DNA of 27,753 nucleotides from Thermoanaerobaculia bacterium (GTDB lineage Bacteria; Acidobacteriota; Thermoanaerobaculia; Multivoradales; UBA5704): NCBI GenBank assembly GCA_044226625.1, contig JBGAGQ010000079.1, positions 1 to 27,753 of the forward strand, read 5' to 3'. Shown piece by piece: positions 19,128 to 26,985 of this stretch (position 1 is its first letter; each line of letters starts with the position of its first letter). The notes under the pieces were generated by a model. It saw only the letters and a program-made list of their open reading frames with translations, ran no database searches and was not told where the DNA came from. The position numbers and the translations under genes were made by a program.

Positions 19128-21161
19128 TCAGTTCGATTTCAACCAGCGATCGAGCCAGCCGAGAACCGTGTCGTGCCAAAGCAGGCTGTTGGCCGTGTGA
19201 AGTACCCAATGCCCCTCGTCCGGCAGGTAGAGGAAGCGGCTGGGGATGCCCCGCCGCTGGAGCGCCGTGAAGGTCGCGATACCCTGTCCATCGGGAACGC
19301 GATAATCGAGCCCCCCGTGTGCCACCAACATGGGAGTCTTCCAATTTGCTACATAGTTCACCGGATTCCACTTCTCGTGCGCCTCGGGGTTCTCGAAGTA
19401 CGGTCCCCCCTGCTCCCACTCCGGAAACCAGAGCTCCTCGGTCGTGTAGTACATGGCGCGCTGGTCGAACAGGCCGTCGTGGTTGACCAGGCACTTGAAG
19501 CCGTCGGGCCAGCGCCCGGCGATCCAATTGATCATGTAGCCGCCGTAGGAGGCGCCCAGCGCGCAGGCGCGCGAGCCGTCGAGCCATGGATACTTCTGGA
19601 TCGCCGCGGCGAGGCCCTTCTGTAGATCCTCGAGCGGCGCTCCGCCCCAGTCCTTCGAGATCGCGTCGGTGAACGCCTGGCCGTAACCGGTCGAGCCGTG
19701 GAAGTCGATCATCACGGTCGCGTACCCGGCGCCGGCATAGACCTGCGGGTTCCACCGGTAGTGGAAGTTTTCCTCGAACGACCCCTGGGGCCCGCCGTGG
19801 ATGAGGAAAGCGATCGGCGCCTTCTCCCCTTCCTTCCAGCCGACCGGCTTGCCGACCCAGCCGTAGACCGTATCGCCGTGGGCGCCCTGGAACGAGAATT
19901 GCTCGACGTCGGCCATCTGGACCGCGGCGAGCTTCGCGTCGTTCCAGTGGGTGATCTGGGTGAGTCCGGAGCCGTCGGTCGCCACCGTGAACAGCTCGAC
20001 CGGCGACTTGAACGTGTCGCGGCCGAAGACGATCCGGTTGCCGGCGAGCGCTGGAGAGTGCACCGTCCCTTCCGAGGTGAGCTTCCGGGTCTTACCCGTC
20101 GCCACGTCGATCGCGAACAGCGGCCCGCGGCCGGTGTCGGTCGCCGAGGCGTAGATCGTCTTGCCGTCGCGCGCCCAGACCAGCTCGTTCGGCGTCCGAT
20201 CCCAGGCGGCGGCGAGCTCCTTCTCGGAGCCCGTCGCGAGGTCGCGCAGGCGGATGTGGAACCGGTCGGCTTCGAAACCCGGACGCGTCATCGCCATGTA
20301 GGCGAGCGTCTTGCCGTCGGGAGAGAAGCTCGGCTGGGTGTCCCAGGCGAGGTTGCTCTCCGTCAGGTTCTGCGGCGCCGCGGAGCCGTCGACCGGCACC
20401 CGATAGAGGTCGAAGTTCGTGGTCCAAGCCTCGCGACTGCCCGAGATCCGCGCCGAGAAGACGACGCTCTTGCCATCGGGGGAAAACGCAAACTCCTCTG
20501 CCCCACCGAACGGCCGCGAAGGGACGTCGGCGTCGAGCGACTTCGAGAGATCGATCGGAGCGCCCCCGGCGGCCGGCATGACGAACAGGTGGTTCTGGCG
20601 GCCGTTGCCCCAGGAATCCCAGCGCCGGACGAACAGGCGGTCATAGACCTTCCCCGTCGCCTGGTTCGCCTCCGCCTCTTCGGCCCGCTTCTTGGTGCAG
20701 GCGAGATCGGCGCAATCCGGATAGACCTCCAAGCTGAACGCGAGCGTCGCCCCATCCGGCGAAACCTCGAGCGCCGAGACGTCGAGCGGCAAATTAGAGA
20801 CCTGCACCGGTGCACCCCCGTCGGCCGGCACCCGCCAAATCTGCGACGAACCCGACCGGGTCGACAGGAAATAGAGCGACTTGCCGTCCGGAGCCCAGCG
20901 CGGGTCGGTATCCCGCTTCGGATCCGCGGCGATCGGCTTGAGCCCCGAGCCATCCGTGTTCACCAGCCAGAGGTCGTATTTCCCCCCGTTGGTCGCGAAG
21001 TCCGTCTGCCGGACCGAGAACGCGATCCGGTTCCCCTGCGGGTCCGGCTGCGGGTCGGAGATCCGGTCCATCACCCAGAGGTCCCGGGCGGAGAACGGGT
21101 GGGGGGGCTGGGCGGCGAGCGGGGCGCCGAGGGTCAACAGGAACAAGACGGACTTGCGCAT
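19128..21161 (-). CDS. Secreted S9 family peptidase (dipeptidyl-peptidase 5-like)
   Basis: Signal peptide MRKSVLFLLTLGAPLAA, PD40 repeats, IHGGPQG, GASYGG, HGGLDYRV, DEGHW. GGAGG RBS. Confidence 0.95.
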   Translation of the reverse strand: MRKSVLFLLTLGAPLAAQPPHPFSARDLWVMDRISDPQPDPQGNRIAFSVRQTDFATNGGKYDLWLVNTDGSGLKPIAADPKRDTDPRWAPDGKSLYFLSTRSGSSQIWRVPADGGAPVQVSNLPLDVSALEVSPDGATLAFSLEVYPDCADLACTKKRAEEAEANQATGKVYDRLFVRRWDSWGNGRQNHLFVMPAAGGAPIDLSKSLDADVPSRPFGGAEEFAFSPDGKSVVFSARISGSREAWTTNFDLYRVPVDGSAAPQNLTESNLAWDTQPSFSPDGKTLAYMAMTRPGFEADRFHIRLRDLATGSEKELAAAWDRTPNELVWARDGKTIYASATDTGRGPLFAIDVATGKTRKLTSEGTVHSPALAGNRIVFGRDTFKSPVELFTVATDGSGLTQITHWNDAKLAAVQMADVEQFSFQGAHGDTVYGWVGKPVGWKEGEKAPIAFLIHGGPQGSFEENFHYRWNPQVYAGAGYATVMIDFHGSTGYGQAFTDAISKDWGGAPLEDLQKGLAAAIQKYPWLDGSRACALGASYGGYMINWIAGRWPDGFKCLVNHDGLFDQRAMYYTTEELWFPEWEQGGPYFENPEAHEKWNPVNYVANWKTPMLVAHGGLDYRVPDGQGIATFTALQRRGIPSRFLYLPDEGHWVLHTANSLLWHDTVLGWLDRWLKSN

Positions 21162-21270
21162 CAACTAACCTCCCGGGAACGTTAGGTCTCTCCGAGGATT
21201 TTAACTCGCGGCAGGCGTTCCCAGAGGCCTCCACCTGCCTGCCTCTCAGTCGCAAAAAGCCTATTGCGCT

Positions 21271-24200
21271 CTATTTGGCTCCCGAAAACTCAGCCAAAAC
21301 GACTTTGGCCTCAGCTAATCCTGGTGAGCGTAGCTCCGTTAGACATGCAACCGCACGTTCGGCAAAAGGACGTCCCTCTTCGCTGTGCCCCTGCCGCACA
21401 AGAGCTTTCGCTAATCGCCAGCAGTCGTCTGCGATCAACTCCTTTCGACCCACATCTTCAGCGAGTCTCAATGCCTCCCGCGCGAGGCGCTCAGCCTCCG
21501 ACCACTCCCCACGGTCCAAAGCGAGCTCGGCGATGTTGCCGGTATACGTCGCAACGCTCTCGGGCTCAGGCAAATGGCTCGCAATTGCAAGAGCATTTCG
21601 ATAATAGTTTTCCGCCTCCTCGAGACGATTTGATTCGCGGAGAACCTCCGCCAATGCATTAAAGCAACTGGCGACAGGAAAGCTGTCGGACTTGATCCCT
21701 CGCCAAAGATCGAGCGCCTCTTGGAGCGCAATGATCGCCCCCGGGTAGTCTCTGCCCAACCGGCATCCTTGGCCACGCAAGAAAATTGCCAGTGCATGTT
21801 CATGTGCACCTGCATCCGGCGTCTTCCCCCAATGGCGAGCGGCGCGGTTAGCACATGTTAAAACCTCTGCGGACTGTCCGCGTAAATAATGGCCATAGCC
21901 AATGTCATAGGCTCTGCGACCAGCATTCATGAAATCTTCAGCACGTTCAGCACTGGTCTCGGCTGCTTCGCTCAGAGCAAGTCTGATATCCCAACGCCCG
22001 GAAGAATCAAGGAATCTATACAGTGCATCACATGTCTCCTGGAGACGGCGGTTGTCTCCAGAAATGAGCACCGGAAGTGCAGCTGCAATTTTGGGCCATG
22101 ATTCTTCCAGCATGGGAAATCGGGAAAACTGGCGATACCCGTTCATTGTCGCTAGTTGATGCACCTGTTCTGCTAGACGCTGACCACTGATTTCAACCGT
22201 GCGGGGACACGTGCGCCGCAAGAATCGAGCGGCCATAGGAGGAAGCAACCAGGTGCGGGCCTGCTCATCTTCGATTAGCAAAGCTCGATCTCGAAGGCCG
22301 TCGAGGGCGGTATCGACAGCCGTCGGACTTAAGCGAGTCAATGGGATTAGCCAATCAACAGGCGCCGGTCGGTCGAAATAAACCAAAGCCGATAATACGG
22401 CCGCTTCTTCAGCCGAAAAGGTTTCGGCTAGATCCCTAAAGGCAAAGTCAAGGGGGTCATTCTTGACATCTTGTTTCTCACGCCGATGGGCTTCCTGTAG
22501 ACGCGACACAGCTTCAGACACAGTGCGGCAGCGACCAGTGATCCTACCGAGCTGCCCAGCAACCCACGTGAGCAATAAGGGATTTCCACCAGTTTCTGCA
22601 TAGAGGCGATCACGATCAATCTTTGAAAGGTTGGCAACCGGTTTCCAACGCCTTCCCAACTCGATTAGCAGCAGGTCCGCTGCCTCATGCTCTAAGCGGT
22701 CTAGCCGAAGGTGCGCTGCGGTCGAAGCGTACGCACTGTATCGACTTGTGACTATAGCGCGACAACCTGGAGGCAAGGTCTCCAGCAGCTCGAATGTCCT
22801 TGCCTGCTCCCTTTTATTAAAGGACTCCAGATTGTCTAAAACCAAAAGGGCGCGGTAGTCTGCAAGTGCATGGCGTACAAGCTGAGGCTGCATTTCAGGT
22901 ACAGCTTTTGGTATGTCATCACGACTAAGCGCCCGACCAATCTCGCTCAGTAGCGCATAGAAGCTCTCCACACGAGCGGCTTCCAGCTTTCGTTCGCCCT
23001 CAGGGAGCAGCTCGCTGACCTTAGCCGTGAACCAGAGCTTAAGAGGAAAGTGTTCAACTGGAGCTCTGTGGGCTGCTTCCAAGGCTAAGGCCGTCTTTCC
23101 TACTCCTCCCGGGCCGTCCAAGACTACTCCCCAGCTCCGATTTTCCGGCCGAAGGTATTTCGCGACCTTCTCTAGTTCCTCTTTTCTCCCGAAAAACGGC
23201 CGACGTGGAAGTAACATTGATCGGATGCCAGGAGCTCGATGGAAGCCGACGGAATGTTCGCCGTTAACGCGTCGACTCCGTTTTGAATTCCGAGGTCTCG
23301 TAACAACGGATACTGGCGAGGTTCCCTCATCCTTTCTTAGCTCCGCATGCTCGTGGTCGGGAATAAACCGCCATCGTCCTGTCGCCGATGTCGCGAGGCG
23401 CGGCCAGAGGCGAAGATGAGCGCCTGTGCCGGAAAAGTCGATGCGGCCTGCTGAATATCCGTGAACTCGCCTTATCCTTGGTGGTTCCCCAAATCTCTCC
23501 ATCCCAAAAACGGAACATCCCTGGCATCGGTGCACTGCATGCGGGGAGCCACCAAACTGTAGGTAAGTGATTTCGGGCTCGTGTTGGTGGCCGAAAAGAT
23601 GAACCGCAAATCGTCCTGGCGGCGCGATTTCCGATCCCCCATGTTGCTGAGCCTGGGGAGTCAACCAGCGAGGTCCGTGATGGGTTAGCAAGATGGCAAT
23701 GTCGTGGCTATTCGACCATACATCAACACCTTCGCCGCATACAGCCTGAACCTGCCGAGCATCCCACACCAAATGTCCTTCATAGTCTCCGCCCGCCAGT
23801 TGAAGAAAGGAGGTGTTCAAACCAATCACGCCGACCTGTCGATCTCCGGCCTCTAGCGTGACAGAGTAGTCTCCTGGTAATGCTCCGACTCTAATGCCAG
23901 GAGGACGGTGGGGAGCTTGTTCCCACCACTGGCTATAGGAGGCAAACGCGCCATCTATCACGCGTCTGTAGCCTCCTGTGGATTGATCCCAGAACTTTCC
24001 TTCGACTCGCTGATACCCATCTGGATCCAATAGGGTGTCGACAGCCGGGTTGTCTTCCATAGGATTCGGGCGATACAGATCGTGATTCCCAGGTACCGCG
24101 AGCAAGGCAATTTGGGATGACTGCAGCTCGCAAAGCCTCACCCATAAAGGCTTTAGCACCTGCTCCTGCATCGCTTGGAACTGGGCTGTTTCACCTGATT

Positions 24201-24369
24201 GGACAAGATCTCCCGTAAACACAACAGCATCCCAGGGTCCACACCTTTTGTGGAGATCTGAGAGACTGTCTAGGAAGGGCTCGCGTAGCGTGGGCCACAG
24301 GCAGTCCTGGCCCTTTAATCCGTAATGGAGATCTGTCAAGTGCAGCCAAGAAAAGGAGCCATTGCGCAT
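21271..24369 (-). CDS. Calcineurin-like metallophosphoesterase-NB-ARC/STAND ATPase-TPR protein (NLR-like)
   Basis: Phosphoesterase motifs TDLH, TGDLV, PGNHD, THH and GHQH. NB-ARC motifs FFGRKEE, Walker A GPGGVGKT, Walker B LLVLDNLE, IVTSR and GGNPL. C-terminal TPRs (ALQEALDLWR, AENYYRNALAI, AERLAREALRL). AGGAG RBS 9 nt upstream. Confidence 0.92.
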   Translation of the reverse strand: MRNGSFSWLHLTDLHYGLKGQDCLWPTLREPFLDSLSDLHKRCGPWDAVVFTGDLVQSGETAQFQAMQEQVLKPLWVRLCELQSSQIALLAVPGNHDLYRPNPMEDNPAVDTLLDPDGYQRVEGKFWDQSTGGYRRVIDGAFASYSQWWEQAPHRPPGIRVGALPGDYSVTLEAGDRQVGVIGLNTSFLQLAGGDYEGHLVWDARQVQAVCGEGVDVWSNSHDIAILLTHHGPRWLTPQAQQHGGSEIAPPGRFAVHLFGHQHEPEITYLQFGGSPHAVHRCQGCSVFGMERFGEPPRIRRVHGYSAGRIDFSGTGAHLRLWPRLATSATGRWRFIPDHEHAELRKDEGTSPVSVVTRPRNSKRSRRVNGEHSVGFHRAPGIRSMLLPRRPFFGRKEELEKVAKYLRPENRSWGVVLDGPGGVGKTALALEAAHRAPVEHFPLKLWFTAKVSELLPEGERKLEAARVESFYALLSEIGRALSRDDIPKAVPEMQPQLVRHALADYRALLVLDNLESFNKREQARTFELLETLPPGCRAIVTSRYSAYASTAAHLRLDRLEHEAADLLLIELGRRWKPVANLSKIDRDRLYAETGGNPLLLTWVAGQLGRITGRCRTVSEAVSRLQEAHRREKQDVKNDPLDFAFRDLAETFSAEEAAVLSALVYFDRPAPVDWLIPLTRLSPTAVDTALDGLRDRALLIEDEQARTWLLPPMAARFLRRTCPRTVEISGQRLAEQVHQLATMNGYRQFSRFPMLEESWPKIAAALPVLISGDNRRLQETCDALYRFLDSSGRWDIRLALSEAAETSAERAEDFMNAGRRAYDIGYGHYLRGQSAEVLTCANRAARHWGKTPDAGAHEHALAIFLRGQGCRLGRDYPGAIIALQEALDLWRGIKSDSFPVASCFNALAEVLRESNRLEEAENYYRNALAIASHLPEPESVATYTGNIAELALDRGEWSEAERLAREALRLAEDVGRKELIADDCWRLAKALVRQGHSEEGRPFAERAVACLTELRSPGLAEAKVVLAEFSGAK

Positions 24370-24514
24370 GGGCGAGCACTCCTAAAATGACTCTGGGCGG
24401 TTTGACCGTACCGATTATCGAACTGTTCAGGTGCGGCCGCCCCAAACACACCTCTTCTCTTGGCCGAGCGCGCCGCCGTCCGTACTCGAACGGCGGTCCG
24501 TACATCGCTGACAA

Positions 24515-24613
24515 TCAAATAGACATACCGACCGGATCTATAATTGAACCACCGTCTACCTGCATGCCGCCAACGGGATCGATGACTGTGCCACCATCGG
24601 ACATGAATTCCAT
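24515..24613 (-). CDS. 32-aa peptide with two DGGxxIDPVG repeats
   Basis: MEFMSDGGTVIDPVGGMQVDGGSIIDPVGMSI*. AAGGAG 7 nt before the ATG. Below the ORF-track cutoff. Confidence 0.75.
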   Translation of the reverse strand: MEFMSDGGTVIDPVGGMQVDGGSIIDPVGMSI

Positions 24614-24641
24614 CTCAGTTCTCCTTGGAGAGTTATGTCGT

Positions 24642-24773
24642 TTAGCCGACGGGGTCAATCCCGTTGCCAGCCTCTGAAATTGGGTGGTACGGGGCGTCTC
24701 CCTCCAGATTTAGATTGCCCGAAAACCTAAATCCACGCCTCAAGATAAGTAACATGGCCCAAAATAAGGTCAT
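24642..24773 (-). CDS. 43-aa peptide with hydrophobic N-terminus, ending in EAGNGIDPVG
   Basis: MTLFWAMLLILRRGFRFSGNLNLEGDAPYHPISEAGNGIDPVG*. GGAGG about 10 nt before ATG 24773. Shares IDPVG with the adjacent peptide. Confidence 0.7.
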   Translation of the reverse strand: MTLFWAMLLILRRGFRFSGNLNLEGDAPYHPISEAGNGIDPVG

Positions 24774-24906
24774 CCGCTTTAACCCTCCGTTAAATGAGAG
24801 ACGGTTCTCGGCGCTGGAAAGCCTTGTCCCAGCGCTGCTCATACGCGACCGCTGTCGAACAGCAGTGTCTCTTTCGGACTCTAGTAGCCATCGGAGGGTA
24901 ACGCGA

Positions 24907-24935
24907 AGCTTTCATAGTTTTCGGATCACTGTCAA
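24907..24935 (-). promoter_or_regulatory. Possible sigma70 promoter for the peptide-NLR locus
   Basis: Perfect TTGACA (minus strand, 24935-24930), 17-nt spacer, weak -10 (AAAGCT). Confidence 0.3.
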
Positions 24936-25003
24936 CACGGCGTCTAAGAAGCACAGGTGCCGGACATAGGGTCTTCAGAGACAACCTCGCCGGCAAAGCC
25001 GCC

Positions 25004-26773
25004 CTACATCGAAACCGACCCCTTCCGGAACTCGCTCCGCCCCAGGTGGACATTTACGAGCACCGGCTTGCCTTGCCGCAGCGCGGCACGCGCGTCGGTC
25101 AGGACTCCGCCGATATGCTCATCCTTATCCAGCATAAAGCCCTTCCCCCCATACCCCTCGGCAACCCGATGGTAGTCCGTCCGAGCTAGCACCGTGGAGA
25201 CCGGGTCTCCCAGGACCTCCACCTGCTCGCGGGCAATCTGACTCCACGACGCGTCGTTTCCGACAATCGCCACCACCGGCGCGCCGTGGCGGGCCATGGA
25301 GTCGAACTCCGCAAGACTGAAGGCGCACGAGCCATCCCCCCATAGCAGCCAGGTCTCGGACTCGGGCCGGCACAGGCTCGCGGCGAGGGCGAAGCCTCCT
25401 CCGACTCCTAGCGTCCCGAAGACTCCGGGGTCGAGCCAGGAGAGCGGTTTCCTGGGGGACAGCGTATAGGCAGCCGTGGCCACGAAGTCGCCCCCATCGG
25501 CCACAAGGACCGAGTCGTCCGGCAGGATCTTCTCGATCTCCCGGAACAGCCGGATCGGGTTGACGCCGTCGGGCAGACGCTCGGCCGCTCCTTCGTCGAT
25601 CTGCTTTTCCCGCTCGTCGTCACGGGCGCGGAGCGCGGCGAGCCAGGGGGCGCGGCGGCCGGCGTCTCCTCCCGCGAGGCTCGCAAGCTCGATCAGCGAG
25701 CGGCCCGCGTCCGCGTCGATCGAGATCGAGGGGCGGCGGTTCCGGGCGAAGCCCTCCGTGGACCGGGCGAGCGCCACGAGCTTTGCGGCACGGTGGATAT
25801 GCCGCCCGTAATCTAAGCGGAAATCAATAGGCTGCCCCGCGAGAATCACCAGATCCGCCTCGCGGAGCGCCTCTTTCCTTTTGTGGCGGAGCTGGAGCGT
25901 ATGCCGGGCGCCGAGCAGGCCGCGGGCGCCTCCCGCGAGGTAGACCGGGAGGCCGAGCGCCTCGATGGCGGCAGCGATGCGCGGAACGTCAGCGACCGAG
26001 GCGACCGCCTGGCTTCCGACCACGAGGACCGGGCGCTCGGCGCGAGCGAGCGCCGCGGCGACGCTGCGCAGCTTGGCGCGCGACGGCTCGGCGAGGGGGA
26101 CGATGCGCGGCTCGCCCGGCTCGTTCCGCACACCTCGGAAGAGGCGGTCGGTGTGGCGGCGTAGATAGCCGGCGAGCAGGCGGCTCGGCAGATTCCTGCC
26201 CTTGCCCGCGGCGGCCTGATACCAATCCCTCACCAGCGATTCGGGATAGAGCAGGTCGACGGGCGTCTCGAGGAAGACCGGGCCGGGAACTCCGGCGCGC
26301 GCGACCGTGAACGCCTGGTGCACGGCGGGACCGAGCTCACGGACCTTTTCGCAGCTCGCGAGCCACTTCGCCGCCGTCTCGAGCAGGGTGAGCTGATCGA
26401 TGTCCTGGAGCGCGCCCCGCCCGCGCAGCAGCGTCGCCGTCGCACCGCCGAAGAGGACGAGCGGCATCTCGGCGAGCTGGGCGTTCTTGAGCGCGGTGAT
26501 CGCGTTGGTCACTCCCGGGCCCGCCGTCACCGCCGCGACGCCCGGAATGCCGGTGAGGCGCGCCGTGGCGTCGGCCGCGAAAACCGCGCTGGCCTCGTCG
26601 CGCACGTCGATCACCCGAATACCCGCGCGCTGCGCTCCGGTGAGGATCGGCGCGATGTGGCCGCCGCACAGCGTGTAGAGGAAGCGGACGCCTTCGCGCG
26701 CGAGCGCGAGGCCGATTTGATCGCCGCCGTGCGCGGGCGAGCCGACGGGAGAGACGTCCTGGGGTTCGGTCAC
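25004..26773 (-). CDS. Thiamine diphosphate-dependent enzyme (acetolactate synthase-like/2-hydroxyacyl-CoA lyase-like)
   Basis: [40 protein letters not shown] and the ThDP motif GDGS...GNDASW. Start at GTG 26773 is inferred. Confidence 0.93.
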   Translation of the reverse strand: MTEPQDVSPVGSPAHGGDQIGLALAREGVRFLYTLCGGHIAPILTGAQRAGIRVIDVRDEASAVFAADATARLTGIPGVAAVTAGPGVTNAITALKNAQLAEMPLVLFGGATATLLRGRGALQDIDQLTLLETAAKWLASCEKVRELGPAVHQAFTVARAGVPGPVFLETPVDLLYPESLVRDWYQAAAGKGRNLPSRLLAGYLRRHTDRLFRGVRNEPGEPRIVPLAEPSRAKLRSVAAALARAERPVLVVGSQAVASVADVPRIAAAIEALGLPVYLAGGARGLLGARHTLQLRHKRKEALREADLVILAGQPIDFRLDYGRHIHRAAKLVALARSTEGFARNRRPSISIDADAGRSLIELASLAGGDAGRRAPWLAALRARDDEREKQIDEGAAERLPDGVNPIRLFREIEKILPDDSVLVADGGDFVATAAYTLSPRKPLSWLDPGVFGTLGVGGGFALAASLCRPESETWLLWGDGSCAFSLAEFDSMARHGAPVVAIVGNDASWSQIAREQVEVLGDPVSTVLARTDYHRVAEGYGGKGFMLDKDEHIGGVLTDARAALRQGKPVLVNVHLGRSEFRKGSVSM

Positions 26774-26985
26774 GGCGCGTGATTCTATGCCGATGGGCGG
26801 AAGGAATCCGCTGTCCCGCTGGACACTGCGGGCGCACCCCTTACAGTAGACGTGTCGCGAATTCGTCGTCGCAAAGATCAGCGACGGACCGCCATGGCAC
26901 CGCACGTCGCGGAAACTCCAAACAACGGCGTTTCAAAAAGACGACGGCTGCTCGGCCCTTGCGGGTCCCGCAGCAAGGAGGAGCT

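Larger units (their letters stand above)
21170..25000. other. Lower-GC accessory insert between the S9 peptidase and ThDP enzyme genes
   Basis: Visible compositional shift: hand count 28/60 GC at 22561-22620 versus 48/60 at 1141-1200, with many A/T-ending codons. No integrase or terminal repeats seen. Boundaries are approximate. Confidence 0.8.

Noticed and set aside
24016-24033. LLDPDG inside the phosphoesterase domain as an internal copy of the peptide motif
   Set aside because: Only DPxG matches and it could be an ordinary turn. Revisit only if it is conserved in homologues.
24473-24503. CCGCCGT/ACGGCGG hairpin with a GTCCGTAC direct repeat between the peptide and NLR genes
   Set aside because: 7-bp stem, 10-nt loop and no U tract on the coding strand, so not supportable as a terminator or ncRNA.
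17570-24773. Reading peptides + S9 peptidase + SPASM-like gene as one RiPP cluster
   Set aside because: The SPASM-like protein lacks the catalytic CxxxCxxC, a hairpin and long intergenic region separate it from the rest, and base composition differs between the parts.
24191-24969. ORF-track calls 24191-24514(-), 24387-24677(+) and 24664-24969(+)
   Set aside because: No recognisable motifs or good RBS. The repeats in 24387-24677 (PTGSIIEPP/PTGSMTVPP) are the antisense shadow of the IDPVG peptide.
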